A stretch of DNA of 64,000 bases, taken from Patescibacteria group bacterium (GTDB lineage: Bacteria > Patescibacteriota > Patescibacteriia > UBA2591 > UBA6264). The position numbers and the translations under genes were made by a program. Under the pieces are notes generated by a model, which saw only the letters and a list, made by a program, of their open reading frames with translations, was not told where the DNA came from and did not search any database. The DNA lies in assembly GCA_021735685.1 (NCBI GenBank), contig JAIPGN010000002.1:3183-67182 (forward strand). Direction: 5' to 3'. Of the stretch, positions 1-10,604 are shown piece after piece. Each line of letters starts with the position of its first letter. Within the stretch, counting starts at the first letter, position 1.

Positions 1-968
1 CTCTGATTAATAAAAAAATTAATCAAGCCAAATTCAAAAACCAAAACAAAAACAACCAGCAAAGCGAAAAGCAACCATTTTTTAAATCTTACCCCAGCTA
101 ACAGAAAAAGCAAGCCAAAAAAGATGCCCAAGAAATAAGCACGAGAAAAATTAATTACCAAAACCAAGCTAGACAAAAAGGCCAAAAAAATAAACTTTTT
201 CTTTCGTGTCTGAGGCTTAATTAAAAAACTCAAAAAAACCAAAAAAAGAGGAAGGATTAAAAGATGAGCTGAGCTAACAATGCGAAAAAAATTATTTCCC
301 GCTAAAGTAGCTTTTCCAAAAACAGTTTGGCGCCACCACCAATAAAATTGATCATGAACAGAAACTAAATTACTAGCAAAGAGAAAAAGAACAATGATAG
401 TTAAAAAAGAAACGCCAATCACCCCCGCCTCTATAATTTGCTGGCCCTTTTTTTGAAAAAAAGTCTTCCCGATTACTTCTGATAAGGGGAAAATCAAAAA
501 AAGATAAGCATAATTAATGAAATCTCCACGCGCCAAAAAATAATTATTCTGCCAAGAACCACGGGCCAAAGAAAAAAGCACAATCAGCAAAAAGACTAAA
601 AAAGTAAAAGAAAGAGGCGTAGAGGGCAGAGAGATAATTTTTTGAAAACGAAAATTTTTAAAATCAGACTTGCTAATTTTACGGCCTAACCAAATAGCCA
701 TAACTACCAAAAAAAGAGCTAAACGCAAAGAGACCCCTCCTCCAGAAAAACAATGACCCTCATGTCCAGCTAAAAACTCAAACAATAAAAATAAAAGTCC
801 GTATTCCAAGCGATAAACAGTTAACCCAGCAACCAGACAAATCAATAGCCAAAAGACTATCCCCCCTAATCCCGGCCAGGCACGACCCAAAAGAGATAAA
901 AACTGAAAAACAAAAAAACCATAGACCAAGAAACGAGTTTTTGAAATATAATTAGTGAATTTGGACAT
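1..968 (-). CDS. Polytopic membrane protein, O-antigen ligase/Wzy-like; partial, with the C-terminus cut by the window start
   Basis: Open minus-strand frame from ATG (rc of 966-968) through position 1, about 320 aa and hydrophobic throughout. It was not listed in the ORF track, presumably because it runs off the window edge. It overlaps the stop of the upstream GT2 gene by 17 nt and sits in a glycan gene cluster. Confidence 0.45.
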   Translation of the reverse strand, partial: MSKFTNYISKTRFLVYGFFVFQFLSLLGRAWPGLGGIVFWLLICLVAGLTVYRLEYGLLFLLFEFLAGHEGHCFSGGGVSLRLALFLVVMAIWLGRKISKSDFKNFRFQKIISLPSTPLSFTFLVFLLIVLFSLARGSWQNNYFLARGDFINYAYLFLIFPLSEVIGKTFFQKKGQQIIEAGVIGVSFLTIIVLFLFASNLVSVHDQFYWWWRQTVFGKATLAGNNFFRIVSSAHLLILPLFLVFLSFLIKPQTRKKKFIFLAFLSSLVLVINFSRAYFLGIFFGLLFLLAGVRFKKWLLFALLVVFVLVFEFGLINFFINQ

Positions 969-1869
969 TATTTTTATTTAATATTCTTTTCCAAAGGGCC
1001 ACTAAACTTTGACCAGCAGATAAAAACAAACTTAAAGGAGAAAAAAAAGTCAAAACCGGAGCTACTCTAGAATGATGTTTGCGAAAATAATAAAGAGCGC
1101 TTTGATTGTAGATTCTTTGTTTTTTCCAAGAAAGCACCTGAGCAAAACTCTGAGAACCATAATGAACGACAGTGCAATCGGGCGTATAAATAACTTTCCA
1201 GCCCGCTTTTTTAACTCTCTGACAGAAATCAACTTCCTCAAACCAAATATAAAAATTCTCATCCAAAAAACCCACTTGAGACAAAACTTGACGGCGAGTT
1301 AATAAAAACGCTCCCATCACTTGATCCACTTCGCTCTCTTGCCCATAATCAAAATCCGGCAAGAAATATCGACGCAAAGGTTTAAATCGCAAAGAAAAAA
1401 GATGATGCAATTTAAGAAAAACCATAATCTGAGAAAGAAGACGAGGAAAAGAACGAACCGAAGCTTGCGTTTTATGATCAGAGCCCCATAAATGACAACC
1501 CAAAACTCCCCAATTCTGATGTTTAGACATCAGGTTTACTGCCTTTTCTAAACTTCCCTTCTCGATTATTTCTACATCTGGATTAAGAAAAAGAACATAC
1601 TCCCCTTGCGCTTGTTTAAGGGCTTGATTGTTGGCCCGAGCAAAACCCAAATTCTGATTATTAAGAATAACCTGACAATTGACCGGAGCTTTCAAATTAG
1701 CTAAAAACTTTTTGCTCTCATCTCGAGTAGAATTGTTGTCTACAATAATAATTTCATAATTAAAACTAGACGCTGTATTTTGAAAAACAGAAGATAAACA
1801 TTTTTCTAAAAAATGCTTCACATTCCAATTAACAATAATAATTGATAGAATCTTTTTATTTTTTTTCAT
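952..1869 (-). CDS. Glycosyltransferase family 2 (GT-A fold)
   Basis: N-terminal 'IIIVDNNSTRDE' and DxD-type motifs; typical GT2 length. Confidence 0.75.
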   Translation of the reverse strand: MKKNKKILSIIIVNWNVKHFLEKCLSSVFQNTASSFNYEIIIVDNNSTRDESKKFLANLKAPVNCQVILNNQNLGFARANNQALKQAQGEYVLFLNPDVEIIEKGSLEKAVNLMSKHQNWGVLGCHLWGSDHKTQASVRSFPRLLSQIMVFLKLHHLFSLRFKPLRRYFLPDFDYGQESEVDQVMGAFLLTRRQVLSQVGFLDENFYIWFEEVDFCQRVKKAGWKVIYTPDCTVVHYGSQSFAQVLSWKKQRIYNQSALYYFRKHHSRVAPVLTFFSPLSLFLSAGQSLVALWKRILNKNNVQIH

Positions 1870-1874
1870 ATTTT

Positions 1875-3092
1875 TTATTTTATTTTTTTCTCTATTATTT
1901 GCATCATTTTATTTCCCTGAGCTAGCCAAGACTTTTCTTTAACCCGATCTCGACGAGCAAGGACTAAAGCAGGGTCATTTTCTTTTAAAGCTAAAAGCAT
2001 TTTTTCTTGAAACTCTTGAGGTTTACTTGCTAAATAAATAAGATCTTGAAATTCACTAGTTTCTGGAGTCGGCGTGGTCAAAACCGGCTTTCCGCAAGCC
2101 AAATACTCTAAAAGCTTCAAAGAATAAGTAGAGCGAACAAAACGATTCAATTTGTGAGGAATAAAAGCTAGATCAAAAGAATTGATATAGGCTGGAGCCT
2201 GCTGGTGAGGAACTCGCCCCCAAAGATAAACATTAGAAAAATTCTTTAACTCTTGCTTAATTTTTTTACCCCAAACTGGCCCCACTAAAACAAAAGACTT
2301 CTTTGGATTTTTTTTGACCCAAGATTTAAAAAGACGTAAATTAAATCTGTTTTCAATAGTGCCTAAATAACCAATAATCGGGCGAGGTAAACCGGGAAAT
2401 AAGTTTTTCTTACTTTTCTTCTCTGGCGAAAATAAATCAGTATCCACACCATTAGCAATCCAATGCAAATCTTCTCGTCGTCCTCGACCTTGAAAAAAAT
2501 CTACCAAATTAGGAGAAACTGTAAAAATTAAATCACTACGTCGGGACAAAAATTGATAATTTTGACTTATCTTTTCTCTTTGTCTCCGCCAAGAAGAATG
2601 TTCTAGCCAATTATCAATGGCATCAAAAACCGTTAAGTCGCTTTCTAATCCATTAAAATAATCTAAAAAAAGAGGAAAACAAGAATAAATTATTCTTGGA
2701 TTCTCTGGTTTTTCTCCAAAAACCTTGTTTATTTTTTTAATTACCCGTGTTCTTGACTCAAATCTTTTTTCTTTAGTGAATGATTTTCGCCCAGAAAAAA
2801 TAGAATCAATAGTGGAAAAAACATAAAACTCTCGGCCCTTTTCTTTATGAAGTACGCACTTAGTGGTTAAATCTCGATAAATCACCTCCCCTTTTTTGGT
2901 TGGTCGCAAAATATTTTCAATATAATTACGCAAAGCTCTTTTAAGGGTTAAGGGCAAAAAATCAACCAAAATTATTTTCTTAATCTGTTCTTGTTCTAAA
3001 AAATAACGAAAAAGAGAACGATTGCGGTTAGCAATCCCTTGCTCCCACTCTCGATAAGCAGACATATTGAACATAACCAACTCATAATTCAT
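1875..3092 (-). CDS. Glycosyltransferase family 4 (GT-B fold)
   Basis: C-terminal 'ANGVDTDLF' and 'LKLLEYLACGKPVL' (E-x7-E region) as in RfaB/GT4 enzymes. Confidence 0.7.
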   Translation of the reverse strand: MNYELVMFNMSAYREWEQGIANRNRSLFRYFLEQEQIKKIILVDFLPLTLKRALRNYIENILRPTKKGEVIYRDLTTKCVLHKEKGREFYVFSTIDSIFSGRKSFTKEKRFESRTRVIKKINKVFGEKPENPRIIYSCFPLFLDYFNGLESDLTVFDAIDNWLEHSSWRRQREKISQNYQFLSRRSDLIFTVSPNLVDFFQGRGRREDLHWIANGVDTDLFSPEKKSKKNLFPGLPRPIIGYLGTIENRFNLRLFKSWVKKNPKKSFVLVGPVWGKKIKQELKNFSNVYLWGRVPHQQAPAYINSFDLAFIPHKLNRFVRSTYSLKLLEYLACGKPVLTTPTPETSEFQDLIYLASKPQEFQEKMLLALKENDPALVLARRDRVKEKSWLAQGNKMMQIIEKKIK

Positions 3093-4533
3093 TTTTTCTT
3101 TTTTTAACTTTTATCATTTTAAACAAAAAAACAATTTCTTGTTGCGAAATTAAACCAGTTAAATAAGAGACTCCCAGGTAAATCAAACCCCCAACTGGAA
3201 CCACTAAAAATACTGGAGCTAAATCTTTAATTAAAATCAAGACCCCCACCATTAACAAGGTCGCCAAGAAAATTAAACCGATTTTTCGAAATAAGTATCG
3301 ATAGTCAAGGGCAACAATTTTTCTAGTTTTAGCAATCTCCAGAGAAAGCAAAAACAAAAAACTAATCAAAACCGCTAAACTGGAACCTAAATGAAAAAAT
3401 AAAGGAACTAGCAAAAAGTTAAGAACCAAAAATAAAGTAGCCCCTAAGCCATGAATTAAAGTATTACTCTTTTGTTTTTCGCAAGCATTTAAAAAACCAC
3501 TAAGCACATAATCTAAAAACATCAAAGGCAGTGAGCAAGCCAAAATAATCAAAGCAGGGGCAGCTGCCAAATAATCAGCTCCATAAATAAATAAAATGAT
3601 TGGACGAGCTAAAACAATTAAGCCTCCAGTTAAAGGCACAGCTAATAACATTAAATAAATCAGGCTCTGATTAAAAAGCTTTTCTAGTCTAGAACGAGAG
3701 CGAACAAAATAATAACTGAAAGAGGGATAAAGAGCAGTGCTTAAAGATCCAGCCACCAAAAGAAGAAAAGCTAAAATTAATTTTTGAGCTGCACTGTACC
3801 AGCCCACAAACTTATCAGCAGAAAACCAAGAAAGAATAATCGTGTCACTAGTGGCAAAAATTTTGGCAAAAATTGCGGTAACAAAAAAAGGCCAAGCTAA
3901 AATCAATAAAGATTTTAAAACTGGCCAATCTAAACGAGGCCAAGGCCAAAAATGAAGTTTTTTTCGGAAAAAAAATAGAGCATTTAAAAAATAAAAAAAA
4001 CTACCCGCAATTAAAGGTAAAACCACCCAGAGCAAAGAAGCTTGACGATAAATTAAAAAAAGTCCCACTCCTAACATTACTGTTTTGTGAATAACAATTC
4101 CCAGGCTTTCAAATTTTAAATTTAAATGACCACGAAAAACATGATAAATGCAAAGGGCTAAGGCATCAAAGAAAACCACCAAAAGATTCAAATAAACTAA
4201 TTGTTTAGTAAGATGAGAGTAACCCAAAAGATTAATAGCGAGAAAAGTTCCCAGAAAAACCAAAAGGGTTCCAATAATATTAAAACTGAGAACGTTCCCG
4301 AAATAAGATCTTGTTTTTTCTGGTCGCCGAGCAACCTCTCTAGTTAAAACGGCAAAAAGCCCAAAATCAATTAAAACAGCAAAAAGAGTGGTGAAAGAAA
4401 TAGCAAAAGTATACTTACCAAAACTATCAGCCCCTAAATAACGAGCTAAGAAAATAAAATAAAAAAGCGCCACTACTTTTTGGTAAGTATAGGCGACTAA
4501 AAGATAAAAAGTATTTTGGGCGGTAGAAATCAT
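3082..4533 (-). CDS. Oligosaccharide/polysaccharide flippase (Wzx, MOP superfamily)
   Basis: 483 aa with about 12-14 predicted TM helices; adjacent to glycosyltransferases. Confidence 0.7.
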   Translation of the reverse strand: MISTAQNTFYLLVAYTYQKVVALFYFIFLARYLGADSFGKYTFAISFTTLFAVLIDFGLFAVLTREVARRPEKTRSYFGNVLSFNIIGTLLVFLGTFLAINLLGYSHLTKQLVYLNLLVVFFDALALCIYHVFRGHLNLKFESLGIVIHKTVMLGVGLFLIYRQASLLWVVLPLIAGSFFYFLNALFFFRKKLHFWPWPRLDWPVLKSLLILAWPFFVTAIFAKIFATSDTIILSWFSADKFVGWYSAAQKLILAFLLLVAGSLSTALYPSFSYYFVRSRSRLEKLFNQSLIYLMLLAVPLTGGLIVLARPIILFIYGADYLAAAPALIILACSLPLMFLDYVLSGFLNACEKQKSNTLIHGLGATLFLVLNFLLVPLFFHLGSSLAVLISFLFLLSLEIAKTRKIVALDYRYLFRKIGLIFLATLLMVGVLILIKDLAPVFLVVPVGGLIYLGVSYLTGLISQQEIVFLFKMIKVKKRKNEL

Positions 4534-4623
4534 ACTAAATTTGTCGAAATTTGCAAGTCGAGAAAGAAATCTAGTTGCCTTCCTACTGTAAGAAAATCTA
4601 CTTACAGTAGGACGGAAAAATCT

Positions 4624-5226
4624 TTAACGCTTAGACCACTGCGGAGCGCGACGAGCTCTTTTTAGACCTGGCTTCTTTCTCTCTTTCTTGCGAGGATCTC
4701 GACGCAAAAAACCAGCAGCTTTCAATTCTTTTCTCCACTCTGGATTAAAAGCAACCAAAGCACGAGCAATGCCCAACCTAATAGCCTCAGCCTGTCCTTT
4801 GGTTCCTCCACCCCGAACATCAATCATCCAAGAAAAAAATTTCTCGCGTTCCACTAAAACTAAAGGTTCTTTAACTATTTTTCTTAAATCTTTAGCCAAA
4901 TGACAATCAACTAAAGGTAATTTATTGATTAAAATATCTCCCTTCCCTTCTGGAGAAAATTTCACTCGAGCAATAGCTGTTTTTCTTTTTCCTGTAGCCC
5001 AAATATCATTAACTGATTTTTTGGCCGCAGCTGAAGAAGCTTTTTTCTTTTTTACAGAAGAAGGTTTGGAAGTTGATTTTTTCTTTTTTACAGAAGAAGG
5101 TTTGGAAGTTGATTTTTTCTTGGTCGCAGTTGCAGAAGCTTTCTTGGCTTTTGAAGCCGAAGAACTTTTTTTAGAGGAGGCAGCGGCCGTCTTCTTGGTT
5201 TTAGTTGCTTTCTTGGTAGTAGGCAT
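4624..5226 (-). CDS. rpsI: Ribosomal protein uS9 with a long Lys/Ser/Ala-rich (histone-H1-like) N-terminal extension
   Basis: C-terminus 'GGGTKGQAEAIRLGIARAL...RRDPRKKERKKPGLKRARRAPQWSKR' is the S9 signature. The N-terminal ~75 aa are K/S/A-rich with tandem 'STSKPSSVKKKK' repeats. Confidence 0.85.
   Translation of the reverse strand: MPTTKKATKTKKTAAASSKKSSSASKAKKASATATKKKSTSKPSSVKKKKSTSKPSSVKKKKASSAAAKKSVNDIWATGKRKTAIARVKFSPEGKGDILINKLPLVDCHLAKDLRKIVKEPLVLVEREKFFSWMIDVRGGGTKGQAEAIRLGIARALVAFNPEWRKELKAAGFLRRDPRKKERKKPGLKRARRAPQWSKR
5041..5112. repeat. Perfect 36-bp tandem duplication inside the rpsI N-terminal extension
   Basis: 'ttttttcttttttacagaagaaggtttggaagttga' occurs twice in tandem; it encodes the STSKPSSVKKKK repeat. 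Confidence 0.6.
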
Positions 5227-5313
5227 AAAAATAAAAATTAGATTTTGTTTTTTTAATTAACTAATAACTTGCCATAAGTTTAACAAAATAAAATAAACAA
5301 GCAAGAGCTTTGA

Positions 5314-6168
5314 TTAAAAACGAAAAACTTCTACTTCTTTGTTTTGAGATTTAATTTGGACCACTTTAATTAAAATTAAAAAATAAAAAATGATTCTAGA
5401 AAAAATTCCAGAGAAAACACCAAGAACTGAACCAATAAACCTTAAGACCAAAAACAAAGCCAAAGTTAAACCTAAAGAAATTTCTTGAGAGTAAGGGCCA
5501 ATAAAATTAGCTAAAATTTTATTAACTTCTGTCGCCATTTTCTCTCCCAAGCCTAAATCTTCCAACAAAGAATTTTCAACTGAAGCAGATTCATTAATAG
5601 TAATTTTTTCCAAAGAAATAATCAAAGGACGAAAAGTCTCAGAAGAAACCTTTACGGTTTCCTGATCAATAATCACTAAAGGATTAAAATAATAGACAGT
5701 GGCCAATAGCAAAGAAAAGGCCAAAATAGAAAAAATTAAAGCTGGGCGAAAACTTTTACGCAAAGAAATTTTAACTCTTTGTTTTCTTTCTCGATGAACG
5801 CACTCATAACCTATTGCCAACAAAGCAAAAATCAATAGGCCTATTAAAAAATAAACTTTTTGCCAAGAAAAAAAGAAAAAAGGGACAATTGCCAATAAGC
5901 CTATTACCGAATAAACCAAAGAGCGATTTTTATTTAAAAAGAAAAAAAGAGAAATGAGACTAAGTAAACAAAAATAACTCAGTCCCCATCTCCATAAATA
6001 AGATAAAGTTGGAGAAGAAAAAAGCAAAGACAAGGCCCAAGAAAATAAAATCATTATTCCTGTGACCAAGAATGGCAAAACTAAATATTTACCAAAGCCA
6101 AAAACTGCCTTTTTCTCCCCCTTCTCTATTATTGTTTTTTCTTTATTTCTTTTGTTCATCTTCCTCAA
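5314..6168 (-). CDS. Hypothetical polytopic membrane protein
   Basis: 284 aa with several hydrophobic segments and no recognisable motif. Its first 26 nt overlap the dnaK 3' end; a slightly downstream start is possible. Confidence 0.45.
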   Translation of the reverse strand: MRKMNKRNKEKTIIEKGEKKAVFGFGKYLVLPFLVTGIMILFSWALSLLFSSPTLSYLWRWGLSYFCLLSLISLFFFLNKNRSLVYSVIGLLAIVPFFFFSWQKVYFLIGLLIFALLAIGYECVHRERKQRVKISLRKSFRPALIFSILAFSLLLATVYYFNPLVIIDQETVKVSSETFRPLIISLEKITINESASVENSLLEDLGLGEKMATEVNKILANFIGPYSQEISLGLTLALFLVLRFIGSVLGVFSGIFSRIIFYFLILIKVVQIKSQNKEVEVFRF

Positions 6169-8041
6169 TTTCCCCTTCTAGAGGCTCATCTTTCTTGTTA
6201 GAGGATTCAGAATTCTTTTCAGAGTCATTCTTTTCTGATGACGCCGGTCCACTTGCCTGTCCCTGAGCTTGACTTTTATTAGCATCTTGCTGATACATAG
6301 CTGCTCCAATTTTCTGAACAGCAGTGCTTAATTCTTCACTAGCTTTTTTAATCTCTTCTAAACTTTGACCGTCTTTTGCTTTCTTCAGACCTTCAATCTT
6401 TTTCTCAATATCTTCTTTTTCTTCTTTTTTAATCTTATCTCCTGCCTCTTTCAAACTTTTCTCAGAAACGAAAATCAAGTTGTCGGCCTTATTACGCGCT
6501 TCAATCATTTCTTTCTGTTTACGATCTTCAGTAGCAAATTTCTCTGCTTCTTTTTTCATTTTTTCAATTTCTTCATCCGAAAGAGCTGAAGAATCTTTGA
6601 TCGTGATATGCTGCTCTTTATTACTAGCTTTATCAAGGGCGCTAACCGTTAAAATACCATTCGCGTCAAGATCAAATTTAACTTCCACCTGAGGAACTCC
6701 TCGCGGAGCGGGAGGAAGACCATCTAAAATAAATCTTCCTAAAGTGCGGTTATCTTTAGCCATTGGTCTTTCTCCTTGCAGAACGTGAATCTCGACAGAA
6801 GGTTGATTGTCAGCTGCTGTAGAAAAAACTTGAGATTTCTCAGCCGGAATGGTCGTATTTCTTTCGATCAAAGGAGTCATCACTCCTCCTAAAGTTTCGA
6901 TTCCCAAAGTTAAAGGAGTAACATCTAAAAGAAGAACATCTTTCACTTCTTCTTCTCCTCCCAAAATAGCGGCCTGAATGGCAGCTCCCATGGCCACACA
7001 TTCCATTGGATCAATACCTCGCGCGATTTTATCACCAAAAATATTTTCAATAAATTTTTGAACAATAGGCATTCTAGTTGGACCACCAACTAAAATAACT
7101 TTTTCTACGCTAGAAGGATTTAATTTAGCATCTTTCATTGCTTGATCAATGGACTGGCGACAACGATCCACAATCGGCTTAACCAATTCTTCTAATTTGG
7201 TTCGCGTAATTTTAGTCAACATATGCTTTGGGCCTTCTTTGTCGGCGGTGACAAAGGGTAAATTGATTTCTGTTTCTAAAGTAGAAGAAAGTTCAATTTT
7301 TGCTTTTTCTACCGCCTCTCTGATTCTTTGCATCGCCATTTTATCTGAACTCAAATCAATTCCTTCTTCTTTCTTGAATTTTTCTATTACGTAATCAATT
7401 AAAACTTCGTCCATGTCCGATCCACCTAACTCTGTATCTCCTGAAGTAGAAATAACCTCAAAAACACCTTCTCCAAAATTCATAACAGTCACATCCAAAG
7501 TTCCGGCGCCCATATCAAAAACCAAAACTTGCTGATCAGTTCCCTTAACCTTATCCAGCCCATAAGCAAAAGAAGCAGCCGTGGGCTCATTAACCAAGCG
7601 AACCACCTCTAATCCTGCAATAGAACCGGCATCTTTGGTGGCCTGTCGTTGAGCATCACTGAAATAAGCCGGCACGGTAATCACCGCTTTTTCTACTTTA
7701 TCTCCAAAATACATTTCCGCATCTTTCTTGATTTTTTGCAGGATAAAAGCAGAGATCTGCTGAGGAGCATACTCTTTATCTTTAATCTTATATTTATAAT
7801 CGGTACCCATTTTTCTCTTAGCGCCATTAATGGTCGCTTCTGGATTAGCAACTGCTTGACGACGAGCTGGCTCTCCAACTAATAATTGTCCATCTTTACT
7901 GAAAGCCACACAAGAAGGAAAAGCTTTACCCCCTACTACAGTTGTTCCTTCCGCAGAAGGAATCATTTTTGGTTTGCCGGCTTCCATATAAGCTGCGGCA
8001 GAATTTGATGTTCCTAAATCAATGCCAATAATTTTACTCAT
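6143..8041 (-). CDS. dnaK: Molecular chaperone DnaK (Hsp70)
   Basis: '[10 protein letters not shown]', 'DLGGGTFD'-type motifs ('[13 protein letters not shown]'), and an acidic EEDEQKK tail. Confidence 0.95.
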   Translation of the reverse strand: MSKIIGIDLGTSNSAAAYMEAGKPKMIPSAEGTTVVGGKAFPSCVAFSKDGQLLVGEPARRQAVANPEATINGAKRKMGTDYKYKIKDKEYAPQQISAFILQKIKKDAEMYFGDKVEKAVITVPAYFSDAQRQATKDAGSIAGLEVVRLVNEPTAASFAYGLDKVKGTDQQVLVFDMGAGTLDVTVMNFGEGVFEVISTSGDTELGGSDMDEVLIDYVIEKFKKEEGIDLSSDKMAMQRIREAVEKAKIELSSTLETEINLPFVTADKEGPKHMLTKITRTKLEELVKPIVDRCRQSIDQAMKDAKLNPSSVEKVILVGGPTRMPIVQKFIENIFGDKIARGIDPMECVAMGAAIQAAILGGEEEVKDVLLLDVTPLTLGIETLGGVMTPLIERNTTIPAEKSQVFSTAADNQPSVEIHVLQGERPMAKDNRTLGRFILDGLPPAPRGVPQVEVKFDLDANGILTVSALDKASNKEQHITIKDSSALSDEEIEKMKKEAEKFATEDRKQKEMIEARNKADNLIFVSEKSLKEAGDKIKKEEKEDIEKKIEGLKKAKDGQSLEEIKKASEELSTAVQKIGAAMYQQDANKSQAQGQASGPASSEKNDSEKNSESSNKKDEPLEGEIEEDEQKK

Positions 8042-8092
8042 AATTTATACCTCATTTCTGATTACATTATCAAAATAATGCAATTCTTTAAG

Positions 8093-8581
8093 TTATTTAA
8101 TAATCACTTTAGCTGCGCGAATAACATGATTCCCAATCTGATAACCAGCTTGCACTTCACTAACAATAATATTTTGCGGATCTTCAGAGGGAATTCGATC
8201 TACAGCTTCATGATAATCAGGGTCAAAAGAAGAACCAATGGTCTTAATTTTTTCTACTCCCTGATTTTTCAAAAAATTTTCAAATTGACCTTTAATCTGA
8301 ATAACTCCCTGAACCCATTTTTCTTCCTTAAGATTCTCAGGGACAGAATCTAAACAATGACGAAAGCTATCCAAAAAATTTAAGAGATCTAAAATTAATT
8401 TAGAATTAGAAAATTTTATCCAAGATTCTCTTTCTTTAGCAATTTCCTTTTCTCGATTTAAATAATCAGCTTTAGCTCTTTGCCAACCTTTTAAATGTTT
8501 TTCAGCTCTTTCTCTCTCTTCTTGAAGTTGTTCTTTTAATTTTTTAATCTCCTTTTCCAAGTTTTTTTCTTTTCCTGACAT
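8093..8581 (-). CDS. grpE: Nucleotide exchange factor GrpE
   Basis: Coiled-coil N-terminus plus C-terminal GrpE beta-domain pattern; lies between hrcA and dnaK. Confidence 0.85.
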   Translation of the reverse strand: MSGKEKNLEKEIKKLKEQLQEERERAEKHLKGWQRAKADYLNREKEIAKERESWIKFSNSKLILDLLNFLDSFRHCLDSVPENLKEEKWVQGVIQIKGQFENFLKNQGVEKIKTIGSSFDPDYHEAVDRIPSEDPQNIIVSEVQAGYQIGNHVIRAAKVIIK

Positions 8582-8590
8582 AATTTTATT

Positions 8591-9346
8591 TTAATCTTCA
8601 AGAAACAATTCTTGGTTAATAATTTCTTTCACTTCTTCAAGTAAAGATAGATTGCGATGATAATTCATCCGAATTGGGCCCAAAATACCAATCAAACCAC
8701 AATTTTTTTCTTTACCCAGCAAATCGCAACGAGTGAAAATAGCACTACAAGAACCCCCTAAAAAAGTCTTTCGACCCATCAAAATTTGAGTTTCTTTTCC
8801 TAGACTCTCTAAAATCTCAGGGATTAAAACATCCAATTGATCAACTGCTCGGGAAAATTCATGCAAAATCAAAGCGTTCTGAAATTCAGGTTGCTGAAAA
8901 AGGTGGCTAAAGCCAGTGTAATAAAAATCATTATTCTCGAACTTAACCAAGCCCAGATCTCCGCTCAAAAAAGCCACTTTTTTAATCAATTCCTTAACTA
9001 AACTTAATTGATCTAAATTTTGGCTTTTAATTTTTTGCAATCTCTTTTTTTCACTCACAGCTTTTTCTTTTTCCTCGGCTGGCAAAAGTTGAAAAACATA
9101 ATAACGAAAACCTTTAAGAGTTGGCGTTCGCCCAGCAGAAATATGCTCTTGCCTTAAATAACCTTTTTTTGCTAATTCCGCCATTTCTGATCTGATAGTA
9201 GCTGAGCTAATCTTAGGTTCTAATTTTTTAGACAAACAATCAGAGCTTACGGCTTGCGCCGTTTTCACATATTCCTCCAGGATAATTTTAAATATTTTCT
9301 CTTGCCTTTTGGTCATGGGGACAGTCCCCTTTTTTCTTCCTTTCAA
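8591..9346 (-). CDS. hrcA: Heat-inducible transcription repressor HrcA
   Basis: N-terminal winged-helix 'RQEKIFKIILEEYVKTAQAVSS'; first gene of the hrcA-grpE-dnaK arrangement. Confidence 0.8.
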   Translation of the reverse strand: MKGRKKGTVPMTKRQEKIFKIILEEYVKTAQAVSSDCLSKKLEPKISSATIRSEMAELAKKGYLRQEHISAGRTPTLKGFRYYVFQLLPAEEKEKAVSEKKRLQKIKSQNLDQLSLVKELIKKVAFLSGDLGLVKFENNDFYYTGFSHLFQQPEFQNALILHEFSRAVDQLDVLIPEILESLGKETQILMGRKTFLGGSCSAIFTRCDLLGKEKNCGLIGILGPIRMNYHRNLSLLEEVKEIINQELFLED

Positions 9347-9447
9347 AATCCGCTCTCCAAGCGGGTTTTCAACTCATTTTTTCAATTTGGCAGAAAAAAG
9401 GGTTATTTTTAATTTCTTTATTAAGTCCTATTATTATAAACGACTAA

Positions 9448-9474
9448 TTAGCAGTCGTCAACCCCAAGTGCTAA
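9448..9474. promoter_or_regulatory. CIRCE-like inverted repeat (HrcA operator) about 100 bp upstream of hrcA
   Basis: TTAGCAgTC-N9-aAGTGCTAA versus consensus TTAGCACTC-N9-GAGTGCTAA; 8/9 matches in each arm. Confidence 0.55.
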
Positions 9475-10544
9475 ATATGTTTTAAAATAATTTTAGCAAT
9501 TTGTTGAGCGGCCTCAGGTTGAGACATTTTAGAAATATTAAGACTAAGTAAAGCTCTTTTTTCTGCTGAAAAAATTAGCTCTCTGATTCTTTGTAAAAGC
9601 AATTGCGAGTCTAAGGGTCTTTTTTCTAAAACAGAAATAGCTTTTTTTTGAGCGAAATAAGTGGCATTAACTTCTTGATGAGAATCAGCAATAGGAATAA
9701 TCAAAGCTGGTTTTTGAAAAAAAATCAATTCAGTCAAAGTGCCGAGACCAGCTCGGGCGATCACTAAAGTTGCCTTTTGATAAAAATAAGCTAAATCTTC
9801 CTGATTCAAAAAATCAAAACTTTGATAATGAGAATGAGAAAATTCTTTCCATAAAGTTTTCTTTGGACCAGTTAAATGGACAACCTGAGAAAAATTAACC
9901 AAAGAAGGAAGAATCTCTGTTAAAATTTGATTAATCTCTAAGGCTCCGGTACCACCGCCCATAACCAATAAGGTCGGCCAACCAGACTTAAGGTTAAATT
10001 TCTTATTTTCTTTATCCTCAGCTTTGCTTAAAATTTGTGGAGAGACAGGATTACCAGTAAAAATTGTTTTACTAGCCGGAAACTTATTCAAAGATTCTGG
10101 AAAACTAACTGTAATTTTTTTACTAAAAATAGACATTATTTTATTAGCTAAGCCTGGTCGTAAATCTTGTTGATGAATAAAAATTGGCGCTCGCCAAAAC
10201 CAAGCCGCCAAAGCTAAAGGCACGGAAACAAAAGCGCCAGCCGACAAAATCGCTTGAGGTTTAAATTTTCGTAACAAAAAAAGAGATTGAACAAAACCTA
10301 GAAAAATAGAAAAAAAATCAGTAATATTACGAAAAGAAAAGTAGCGCCTTAACTTGCCAGAATAAATAGATTGATATTTAATATAAGGAAAGGGTTTAAC
10401 CATCTTTCTTTCCGGACTTCCTTTTCTGGTGCCGACAAATAAAAATTTTGTTTCTGGTTCTATTTTCTTAATTTCTTCAGCCACAGCCAAAAGAGGGCTC
10501 ACTGAGCCACCGGTTCCTCCTCCACTTAAAATTATCTTTAACAT
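9471..10544 (-). CDS. murG: MurG-type glycosyltransferase (GT28), undecaprenyl-PP-MurNAc-pentapeptide GlcNAc transferase
   Basis: N-terminal 'ILSGGGTGGSVSPLLAVAEE' (G-loop) and C-terminal 'ARAGLGTLTEL...PALIIP'. Confidence 0.8.
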   Translation of the reverse strand: MLKIILSGGGTGGSVSPLLAVAEEIKKIEPETKFLFVGTRKGSPERKMVKPFPYIKYQSIYSGKLRRYFSFRNITDFFSIFLGFVQSLFLLRKFKPQAILSAGAFVSVPLALAAWFWRAPIFIHQQDLRPGLANKIMSIFSKKITVSFPESLNKFPASKTIFTGNPVSPQILSKAEDKENKKFNLKSGWPTLLVMGGGTGALEINQILTEILPSLVNFSQVVHLTGPKKTLWKEFSHSHYQSFDFLNQEDLAYFYQKATLVIARAGLGTLTELIFFQKPALIIPIADSHQEVNATYFAQKKAISVLEKRPLDSQLLLQRIRELIFSAEKRALLSLNISKMSQPEAAQQIAKIILKHI

Positions 10545-10604
10545 ATTTCTATTTTAAACAATTTTGGCAAAAAAAGAAACGCCTTAGATTTTTTTTCCAA
10601 GACG

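Noticed and set aside
4560-4600. Inverted repeat CCTACTGTAAG-aaaatct-ACTTACAGTAGG between wzx and rpsI as a distinct element
   Set aside because: An 11-bp stem hairpin right after the rpsI stop is most simply an intrinsic terminator. Only one copy was seen.
4925-5260. 111-aa plus-strand ORF with 'EEGLEVDFFFF' repeats
   Set aside because: Antisense shadow of the low-complexity K/S-rich rpsI extension. It is the mirror of the 36-bp tandem repeat.
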